Virus record (IMG/VR): IMGVR_UViG_3300017963_000014
Span: 37,797-101,796 of that record
DNA length: 64,000 bases
Direction: 5' to 3' (one strand)
DNA from: a virus
Part shown: in pieces, positions 36,566 to 43,841 of the stretch
Numbering within the stretch: position 1 is the stretch's first letter
Layout of the letters: every line of letters starts with the position of its first letter
The notes under the pieces: generated by a model
What the model was told of the DNA's origin: nothing
Databases searched by the model: none
The model's input: the letters and a program-made list of their open reading frames with translations, nothing else
Program-made: the position numbers and the translations under genes

Positions 36566-36909
36566 CGCGGGGACCGCGGGGCGAGCGCGAGGAGCGCCCG
36601 GACCCGCTCGCCGTCGCCGGACTTTAGGTACTTTCCGCTCTCGGTCTCGCGCCAGGAGAGGTCGTAGCCGACGAGCTCGAGCTCGTCGAGCCCCCGGCGG
36701 ATTAGGATTACCTTCTCGCCGCCGGTGACGACGCCCCGGAACTCGAGCAGCTCGAGCCCGCCGTAGCTCGAGAGCGGCGGATCGGGTACGGGGAGCGGCG
36801 TCCGGAGGACCGAGGTAGCTATCCGTAACGCGTAGATAACGCCGGCGGAGACGGAGACCGCCGCGAGGAGCGCGACGAAGGCGAGGAGGGCGGAGGAGAG
36901 CGGGGTCAC
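36562..36909 (-). CDS. Membrane-anchored hypothetical protein
   Basis: N-terminal hydrophobic helix LLAFVALLAAVSVSAGVIYAL. Confidence 0.55.
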   Translation of the reverse strand: MTPLSSALLAFVALLAAVSVSAGVIYALRIATSVLRTPLPVPDPPLSSYGGLELLEFRGVVTGGEKVILIRRGLDELELVGYDLSWRETESGKYLKSGDGERVRALLALAPRSPR

Positions 36910-37076
36910 GGGAGGCGGTCCGGGGGGTTTAGGACGAGGTCGAAGGCGCGGCGGAGAATCGTTACCGAGAGCCCGGCGACCGGGCGGCCGCCGATAACGT
37001 CGACGAAGACCTGGAGCCCGAGTAAACCCGCGTCGCGGCGGCGGGCGAGGCGGAGGAGGGGGCGGAGGGAGAGCAT
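36906..37076 (-). CDS. Hypothetical protein (56 aa)
   Basis: Below the track cut-off; MLSLRPLLRLARRR...; fills the gap with coupled start and stop. Confidence 0.4.
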   Translation of the reverse strand: MLSLRPLLRLARRRDAGLLGLQVFVDVIGGRPVAGLSVTILRRAFDLVLNPPDRLP

Positions 37077-37241
37077 TTACCTAGTCCCGAGGTGCGGCGC
37101 GAGCGCGATCCCGATCGCGACCCCCGTCGAGAGCGCGGCGCCGAGTACGAGCCAGACGGCGAGGTAGAAGCGACCGCGGGAGCTCGCGAGCGAGGAGAGT
37201 AGGGAGAGGAGGCAGCTCGAGGCGAGGAGCGCGGTAAGCAT
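37077..37241 (-). CDS. Small two-helix membrane protein (54 aa)
   Basis: MLTALLASSCLLSLLSSLASSRGRFYLAVWLVLGAALSTGVAIGIALAPHLGTR. Confidence 0.45.
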   Translation of the reverse strand: MLTALLASSCLLSLLSSLASSRGRFYLAVWLVLGAALSTGVAIGIALAPHLGTR

Positions 37242-37245
37242 CCGG

Positions 37246-38061
37246 CTAGCTCCCGCCCTCGTCGAGCTCGACCCGGACGCGGAAGGGGACGACGCGGAGG
37301 AGGATCAGCTCGGGGTCGCGCTCGAGCCGAGCGAGCGCCTCCGCCCGGTCGACCGTTCGTAGGTTATCCTCGAGGTCCCTTCGGGGGAGGAGGACGTACT
37401 CCGCCGGGGGCGGATCGGCGGCGGCGTTCAACTCCGCTCGAACCGCGGCGAGCGCGACTTGCCTCCGCTCCTCCTTCCCGACGAGCTCGCGCGCCTCCGC
37501 TACCCCGCGGTCCCGCTCGGCGAGCGCGGAGGCGGAGACCGCGACCTCCGCCCCCTCGATATATTCCGGGAGCGCCTCCTCGGGCTCCGGCGGAACGAGC
37601 GCGGAGTCCCCGGGCCCGTCCGCCGGCGGAAGCTCGACCCCGCGGAGCGCGTCCGCGAGCGCCGGGTTGAACGGCGGTCCCCCGCGCTCCCGAGCGGGAG
37701 TCCCCGGACTCGGGGGCTCCGTCGGCCTCCGCGCGAGGAGCGTCACGACCGCCTCGCCCGGGCGGTCGGAGCCGGGGAGGGAGTTCGGCTTCAGGAGCGC
37801 CCAGACCGAGCCGCGCCGGACCGTGAGCCCGTCGAACGCGAGCTCGACCGCCCGCGCCCGGTCCCCGTCCGCGTCCTCGAACTCGACCGCCTCCCCCCGC
37901 TCGAGCGCCGCCGCGACCGCGTCGTCGATAACCCGCGCGAGCTCCGCGTCCGAGAGCGTCGGCGGAACCTCCGCCCGCGCGCGGAGCCGCTCGACCGCGT
38001 GCCTGCTAACGTACCGCCTCGGTCCGCCGCTCGGCGCGGGCGCCCGGTGAGCCATCGCCAT
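37246..38061 (-). CDS. Hypothetical protein
   Basis: GGAGG RBS; N-terminal YVSRHAVERLRAR motif; C-terminus paralogous to the next gene. Confidence 0.6.
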   Translation of the reverse strand: MAMAHRAPAPSGGPRRYVSRHAVERLRARAEVPPTLSDAELARVIDDAVAAALERGEAVEFEDADGDRARAVELAFDGLTVRRGSVWALLKPNSLPGSDRPGEAVVTLLARRPTEPPSPGTPARERGGPPFNPALADALRGVELPPADGPGDSALVPPEPEEALPEYIEGAEVAVSASALAERDRGVAEARELVGKEERRQVALAAVRAELNAAADPPPAEYVLLPRRDLEDNLRTVDRAEALARLERDPELILLRVVPFRVRVELDEGGS

Positions 38062-38110
38062 CTTCTTCGCCTCCTACCGGGTTCTATCCCGGGATGAGAG
38101 TGTACAGATA

Positions 38111-38812
38111 CTACTCCCGCTCGAGCTCGACCCGAACCGAGAGCGCGTACGGGACCCGGCGGAGCAGCGCCGGGAGCGGGGGTTCGCCGCCCCGGATCCG
38201 GAGCGCCTCGAGCGCCTCCGCCCTCGAGAGCGGGCGGTAATCCGCGAAGACCTCGCCGGGGACTAAGAAGTAGTCCCCGAGGTCCCCCGCCTCCCCGCCC
38301 CCGGTCGGCTCGCTCTCGACCTCGGACGCGCCGCGGTCGAGCTCCTCGCGGAGCGCCTCGAGACCGACGCGGAGGTCCTCGACGAGTCCCTCGACCCCCG
38401 GGGAACCCCCGGCATCCCGGAAGAGATCGAGCAGCCCGTCGACCCGCTCCCGAACGAAACCGAGGCGGAGAGGGGGAACCGTCCGAGCGGGGACCCCGCC
38501 CCCGGGGGACTCCCCGAGCAGCCGCGCCTCGGTCTCCGCCGAGAGCGGGAGGTCGGAGGGGGCGAGCCCGAGCAGCTCGGCGACCTCCGCCCGGCGAACG
38601 CGCGCCGCGAGCGACGAGCCGGGGAGCCGGAGCGCGCGGAAGGTCGCCCCGAGCGACCTCGTCGACCGGCGGCGGAAGCCCTCGGCGTCGAGTAAGTCCG
38701 CTAGCACGGAGTAGGCGACCCCCGGCGGTTCGTCGAGGCGCTCGAAGCGCGTCAGGCGAGTGAGGGCGAGCAGCTCGGCCCGGGTCCAGTACACGTCGGA
38801 GTACCTCGGCAT
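38111..38812 (-). CDS. Hypothetical protein
   Basis: GGAGG RBS favours ATG at 38812; C-terminal domain shared with 37246-38061. Confidence 0.6.
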   Translation of the reverse strand: MPRYSDVYWTRAELLALTRLTRFERLDEPPGVAYSVLADLLDAEGFRRRSTRSLGATFRALRLPGSSLAARVRRAEVAELLGLAPSDLPLSAETEARLLGESPGGGVPARTVPPLRLGFVRERVDGLLDLFRDAGGSPGVEGLVEDLRVGLEALREELDRGASEVESEPTGGGEAGDLGDYFLVPGEVFADYRPLSRAEALEALRIRGGEPPLPALLRRVPYALSVRVELERE

Positions 38813-39088
38813 AGGTTCCACCTCCCGTCCGGGTCTATCCCGGGATGAACCTTACACTTACTTTCTGTACAGCTTCCCCGCCGCGGGGGGCGCGTATCGA
38901 GCGGGGGTTAGCCCGCCTCCGACATCTCCGCCCCGGGGTCCCGCGGGCGCCCTCACCCGGGGGAGTCCGCGCGCCCGCCTTCTACCGAGTGGGTACGGGG
39001 GAGCGCGCTCGGGCCCGCTCCGGCGCCCTCCCCGCGGCCCCCGGGGGCTCGAGACTTGTACAGACCCTCTAGGAAGTGTATAGGGGAT

Positions 39089-39124
39089 GCCGGTTTTGCG
39101 GGTTTTACGGGGTTCGCCGGGATC
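39089..39124. repeat. Four degenerate tandem 9-mers (iteron-like)
   Basis: GCCGGTTTT GCGGGTTTT ACGGGGTTC GCCGGGATC in the largest non-coding gap. Confidence 0.5.
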
Positions 39125-39358
39125 GGGGGGAGGCGCAAGAGGACTCATCCGCCCCGCCGCCCGTCCCCCCGGCCCGTCCCCGCTCGCCTCCCCTCCCGCG
39201 CTCCGGCTCCCGAACCCCGCCCCCGCGGGCTTTCCGGCGCCTCCCCGGGCCCCGGGGGACGCGTCCCGGGGCGGGCGCGGGGGGACGTCGGGTTCGCCGC
39301 CGGGACCGCGGGGGACCCGGAACCCCGTTGGGGGCTCTGGCCCCCTATTCCGGATAAC

Positions 39359-39499
39359 CTACCCCGAATCTGGGGGCTCTGGCCCCCTACCCCGTCCGGA
39401 ACCGCCTCGTCCGGGGGAACCGCCCGGTCGCGCGGCGGAGAGGCGCATAAGGGCGCGGTTCGGGAGCTTCCCGTCGAACTGGAGCAGCGCGACCCTCAT
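39359..39499 (-). pseudogene. Remnant N-terminus of phage radical-SAM-type protein
   Basis: MRVALLQFDGKLPNRALMRLSA followed by low-complexity sequence and a stop after 46 aa. Confidence 0.45.
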
Positions 39500-39502
39500 C
39501 GT

Positions 39503-39910
39503 CTATACAGATACTTTACTACGTCTAAGCAGCCAGTCGCGGGAGCGGAGGAGTTCGACCCGGTACGCGGAATCCTTCGTATACCGGAGGTAGGCTAGCT
39601 CGAGGCGGCGTTCCCCGGTCCCGATAGACTCCGCGGAGGAGACCTCGTACTCCGCGTCGTCGAGCAGAAGAACGTCGCCCGGTCGGATCGACTCCGCCGG
39701 GACCGGCTCGAAGTTCACGGGGACCGGTTCGGGCGGCTTCTCGGGCTCCGGGACGCGCTCGAGCGCCTCTACCGGGAGCTCGGCGCCGCGGATAGCGCCG
39801 GAGACGTCGACGTAGTCGACGAAGGCGACGAGCCGCTCGACGGTTAGCCGCGGGCCGCCGGAGCGGAGGCGGACGACGTCGCCGGGCTCGAGTTCTGGCT
39901 TCTTAATCAT
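39503..39910 (-). CDS. DUF2158/YodC-like plus SH3-like domain protein
   Basis: LEPGDVVRLRSGGPRLTV; second module VPAESIRPGDVLLLD. Confidence 0.65.
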   Translation of the reverse strand: MIKKPELEPGDVVRLRSGGPRLTVERLVAFVDYVDVSGAIRGAELPVEALERVPEPEKPPEPVPVNFEPVPAESIRPGDVLLLDDAEYEVSSAESIGTGERRLELAYLRYTKDSAYRVELLRSRDWLLRRSKVSV

Positions 39911-39923
39911 CGGTAGCTCTCCT

Positions 39924-40541
39924 CTATACAGATACTCTCCGAACGCGGACGCGGTCGCGGAGTCCGAGTCGGATACGGGAGTTCCCGAGGTCGAGCTCGA
40001 GAGACCAGGTATCGGTCCGGGAGACCCGCTCGACGGTCTCCTCGCGGCCGGGGGCCCAGGCGATAGAGCCCGGGGGCTCGAGTAGGACGTCGCCCGGTCG
40101 GACCTCGGCCGCGGGGAGTTCGAGTTCCCGCGGTTCCCGCGTCTCCGCGAACGGGACTCGGAGCTCGCCGTTTCGGGCGAAGCCGAGCAGCAGCCGCCCG
40201 AGCTCGCCGGCTAGGGCGCGGTCGAGCGCGAGCTCGGGCGAGAGGTAGAGCCGGGGTTCGCCGGAGCTCTCCCGCTCGAGGTAGCAGGTATCGGCGGAGG
40301 CGTCCTCGAACTCGTAGCCCGAGCCGCCGTCCGAGCGCTCGCGGAGGGTCGGCTCGACCCGCCGGAGGTTCGCGACGTTCGCGGAGGTCAGGACCCGCTC
40401 GCTCCCGTCCCTCTCCTCGAGGACGGCGAGCTCGCGCCCGAGCGCCACCAGGCGGTAGCGGGTCCGCTCGGCGGCGGGGTCGCTCGACGGCGACTCGAGG
40501 AGGTCGCCCGGCTTCAGTTCGGTTCCGTCCCGGTCCCTCAT
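39924..40541 (-). CDS. Modular hypothetical protein (SH3-like repeats)
   Basis: True start MRDRDGTELKPGD at 40541 with AAGGAGG RBS. Confidence 0.6.
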   Translation of the reverse strand: MRDRDGTELKPGDLLESPSSDPAAERTRYRLVALGRELAVLEERDGSERVLTSANVANLRRVEPTLRERSDGGSGYEFEDASADTCYLERESSGEPRLYLSPELALDRALAGELGRLLLGFARNGELRVPFAETREPRELELPAAEVRPGDVLLEPPGSIAWAPGREETVERVSRTDTWSLELDLGNSRIRLGLRDRVRVRRVSV

Positions 40542-40830
40542 CGGTCTCCCTCCTTGGCGTCTAGGAGAACGCTTTCGCGGTCGAGCGCGGCGTCGAGCTC
40601 CGCCACCGTCCGATCGAGCGCATCCGCCATCGGACCGGCGAGTTCCTCGCAGGCGGACGATTGACCCCTCCACCTGTAATCATCGGCCTCGGCGACGCGA
40701 AATATCTCACGGGCGGTTACACCGCTACGCATGAGATCGAGAACGTCGCTAGACGTTCTCAGTTTGCCTAGCTCGATAGGTTTCGGCGCCCTCTCGCGGG
40801 CGTCCCGGTCCCTCATCGGTCTCCCTCCTT
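40526..40830. repeat. 30-bp perfect direct repeat bracketing one gene
   Basis: CGTCCCGGTCCCTCATCGGTCTCCCTCCTT at 40526-40555 and 40801-40830. Confidence 0.9.
40538..40816 (-). CDS. Hypothetical protein (inserted cassette)
   Basis: 92 aa, begins MRDRD and ends KEGDR through the repeat; lower GC than its flanks. Confidence 0.6.
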   Translation of the reverse strand: MRDRDARERAPKPIELGKLRTSSDVLDLMRSGVTAREIFRVAEADDYRWRGQSSACEELAGPMADALDRTVAELDAALDRESVLLDAKEGDR

Positions 40831-42735
40831 CCGTACGGATACCCTCCTAACGGGGAGCGAGCCCGGGAGTCGCCAGCGCCCGGGGCGGTCCCGGAGCCGG
40901 AGGATAGACTCTCTCCCGTCGTCCGAGCGGCTCACCGAGTCGACCGCGACCGGTCCGTCCTCGCCGAGGTCGAGGCGGTCGTCCGGCCGGATCTCGCGCG
41001 CGGGGACCTCCTCCCCGTCCCCGGTAGAGGGGAAGCGGACCTCGACGCCGGCGGGGGCGGAGACGCCGAACTCCCCGTCCCCGGTCGGGGGGAAGCGGAG
41101 GCGACGGGCGCCCGAACTTCCGACCCGGGGACCGAAGGATAGACCCTCGCGGGTTAGGGTAAGCTCCGCGACCCCGATCTCCGGCCAGCCGGGGCGGACC
41201 TCCTCGGCAGTGACCCAGCGCCAGCCGTTCGCCTCGAGCCGCGCCTTCAGGAGCGAGAGCTCGCGCTCCCCGGCCCCGCGGAGGTCGAGCGCTAGGCTCT
41301 CCCCCTCCGCGAAGCCCTCGAAGCGCGGGAGGTCCTCGAGCGCGACCGGGGCGTCGTCCGGGGGTAAGTCGCCGGTCCAGGAGGCGTCGAGGAGCGCTCG
41401 GAGCCGGTCGAGTACGCCAGCCCGGGCGAGGGTCGCCCGGTCCGCGAGGATCGAGCGGAGCTCGGCGTAGACCCGCCTCAGCTCCGCGGAGACGGCGTCC
41501 GCGACCTCGACCGTGCTTCGACGCTCCGGGGCCCGTCCGGGGGTGTCGAGCGCGAGCTCGAGGTCGGGGTGTAGCTTAAGGAACACCGTATCTAGATCGC
41601 CTTCGACCTCGCGGATGCGGACCTCCCGGAGGTTCGGAGACGGGTGCCCGTAGAGCTCGTTCGAGACGACCGCGTGCGTCAGACCGTCGAGCCGGAGCAG
41701 GTCGCCCGGGACGAGGTCGCGGACGCGCTTACGCCCGCGGGGGATCCGGCCGCAGTCGCGGGAGGTCCGAAGGACCTCGAGCGCCGCCCCCTCGAGCCGC
41801 TTCCGGTCCTCCGCGCGGAGGAGACCGCCGTTCCCGGTCAGCGGGGAGAGGCGATAGCCGACCTCTCGGGCCAGCGAGAGGAGGTTCCCGAGCGCGTCGA
41901 GCGCGGCCCGCCCCTCGCCCGAGAGGTTCGCCGCGGGGACGAGCGCGCCGCCCTCGAGTACGAGACCGTCGACCTCTACCCGCTCGGACGGATCTACCCG
42001 ACCCTCGACTTCGTCCGGATCCGCGAGCTCTCCGGTCTCGGCCCAGCGGAGGAGAACTCGCGCGAATTTACGCGCGGTCTCCGGCGAGAGGTCGCGGAAG
42101 AAGTACTCGGAACCACCGGCGACGACCTCCGGTAGACCGAGACGAAGGTACGGTCGTTGCCTCCCGCGAAACCCCGCGTTCCCGCTCCGGAGCCGCATCG
42201 GGTCGCCCTCGATGTCCTCGAAGCGGAGCCCCCCTCCGTGCTCGTCTACCGTCGACTGGAAGTTCGCCGCGGAACCGGCGGGCTCGCCCTCGGGGGCCGG
42301 CTCCTCGCTCGGGGCGCCCCGAGGCTCCGGGACCGCGAGCGCGCCTCCCTCGCCCCAGGCGAGGACCGCCGCGCCGACCTCGCGCGCGAGGCGGCGGTCG
42401 AGGACGACGACCGGCGTCTCCCCGAGGACGTGGACCTGGAGTAGGTCCCGCTCCTCCCCCGGGAACTCCTTTAGGAACGCCGGGTCGCCCGCGGCGTCGG
42501 CGAAGTCGAGCGAGTCGCGGTGGATGTTCCGCCCCAACGGGTTCGCCCGGGCGAACTCCCCGCGCTCGAGTGCGACGTAGGAGACGGCGATCTCCGCACT
42601 CCCCCCGAACCGCCCGAGGAAGCCGTCCTCGCCGAGCGCGGTGACGCGGAGCGGGACTAGGTCCGAGGCGCGCTCGAGCCAATCGCCGACGGTTAACTCG
42701 CCGAACTTATCGATCTGCTTCGATTTATTTATCAT
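40813..42735 (-). CDS. Large modular hypothetical protein
   Basis: 640 aa, AAGGAG RBS; repeated SH3-like and F.D..GD...L..W...G.L modules. Confidence 0.65.
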   Translation of the reverse strand: MINKSKQIDKFGELTVGDWLERASDLVPLRVTALGEDGFLGRFGGSAEIAVSYVALERGEFARANPLGRNIHRDSLDFADAAGDPAFLKEFPGEERDLLQVHVLGETPVVVLDRRLAREVGAAVLAWGEGGALAVPEPRGAPSEEPAPEGEPAGSAANFQSTVDEHGGGLRFEDIEGDPMRLRSGNAGFRGRQRPYLRLGLPEVVAGGSEYFFRDLSPETARKFARVLLRWAETGELADPDEVEGRVDPSERVEVDGLVLEGGALVPAANLSGEGRAALDALGNLLSLAREVGYRLSPLTGNGGLLRAEDRKRLEGAALEVLRTSRDCGRIPRGRKRVRDLVPGDLLRLDGLTHAVVSNELYGHPSPNLREVRIREVEGDLDTVFLKLHPDLELALDTPGRAPERRSTVEVADAVSAELRRVYAELRSILADRATLARAGVLDRLRALLDASWTGDLPPDDAPVALEDLPRFEGFAEGESLALDLRGAGERELSLLKARLEANGWRWVTAEEVRPGWPEIGVAELTLTREGLSFGPRVGSSGARRLRFPPTGDGEFGVSAPAGVEVRFPSTGDGEEVPAREIRPDDRLDLGEDGPVAVDSVSRSDDGRESILRLRDRPGRWRLPGSLPVRRVSVRKEGDR

Positions 42736-42747
42736 CTTTTCTTCTCC

Positions 42748-43359
42748 TTAGCAGCCGGCGAAGAAGGCGCCGAAGAATAGTAGCGAGCCGAAGGCGGAGA
42801 GCGCGAAGACCGCATAGAACACCGCCCGCGCGAGATCCCCGCCGTACCTCGGGTCCTCCCGAAGCGGAGGCGGCTCGGGTAACTTCCTCTCGGCCGCCTC
42901 CTTAGCCGCGCGCAGCTTCCCCGCGTGAATCGCCTCCTCCGCCTCCCTTAGCGCCTCCGAGAGCGCGTTACCCGCGTCCGGCCCGCGGTAGACGCCCCCG
43001 CCGCCGGTGAGCGCGGGCTCGAGATCCCGGAGCCTCCGAACGAGCTTAGAGAGCGCCTCGCCCGCTCCCGAAGGATTCGGTAAGGGAGGTCGGATCGGAA
43101 GCCCGGTCGCCTCTAACGAGGGCGTACCGTTCGGGAGTAGCTCCCCCCTCGATTCGAGGTACCGGGCGAGGGCCCAGAGGTCGCAGAGCTCGCGCTCGAC
43201 GCTAGAGCCCGGTCTCCGCCCGTCCTCCGCCCGGCGCCAGACGGTACCGGAGCCGAAGTATCGGTATAGTCTGTCGTCTCGGGTATCGAAGACCTCGAGC
43301 TCGCAGCTCCCGGAGCGCGCGCCCTTCGCGCGGACGAGGCGGAGGGGTCGTTCGCTCAT
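42748..43359 (-). CDS. Hypothetical protein with C-terminal TM helix
   Basis: AVFYAVFALSAFGSLLFFGAFF tail. Confidence 0.6.
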   Translation of the reverse strand: MSERPLRLVRAKGARSGSCELEVFDTRDDRLYRYFGSGTVWRRAEDGRRPGSSVERELCDLWALARYLESRGELLPNGTPSLEATGLPIRPPLPNPSGAGEALSKLVRRLRDLEPALTGGGGVYRGPDAGNALSEALREAEEAIHAGKLRAAKEAAERKLPEPPPLREDPRYGGDLARAVFYAVFALSAFGSLLFFGAFFAGC

Positions 43360-43841
43360 AAGGGAACTCCCTCCCTCGACGCGGCGAGGACCCGCTCGAG
43401 TCGCTCCCTTAGCGTCCGCTCGAGCCGATCGAGTAGCTCGCGATCCCCGAGCGAGGCCTCGAGCGCGAGCGCGTGGATCTCCGCCGCCGTCGCCGGCCCG
43501 AACTCGCTCAGGATAGGGGGGACGAGCTCGCGGGCGACCCAGGCGTCGCCGGAGATATCTAGGATAGCGTCGAAGCGCCTCCCCGCGAGCCGCTCCGCGA
43601 GCCGTCCCGGGGGGTCCGCGCGGAAGTGCTCGACCTCCGACCCGTTCGCGAACCGGAGCTTCGTCCCCGAGCCGCCCTCGATCGTCGCCGGGACCGCGCG
43701 ACCGAGCCGCGCGCAGGTCGACTCGTACTCCTCGAGCAGGTACCGGGGGTTCGGGAAGATCGCCGCGAGCCGGAGCCCGGGGACCCGCGTAGCGAGGCGG
43801 ATCAGCTCCTCGAGGCTGTCGGGGAGGCGGGGGTAGCTCAC
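43356..43841 (-). CDS. Terminase-ATPase-like fragment protein
   Basis: GTG start at 43841 coupled to the upstream stop; KLRFANGSEVEHFRADPPGRLAERLAGRRFDAILD; no Walker A. Confidence 0.5.
   Translation of the reverse strand: MSYPRLPDSLEELIRLATRVPGLRLAAIFPNPRYLLEEYESTCARLGRAVPATIEGGSGTKLRFANGSEVEHFRADPPGRLAERLAGRRFDAILDISGDAWVARELVPPILSEFGPATAAEIHALALEASLGDRELLDRLERTLRERLERVLAASREGVPL

Noticed and set aside
38845-39598. Short ORFs across the non-coding gap
   Set aside because: Low-complexity Pro/Gly/Arg translations without RBS in several overlapping frames.
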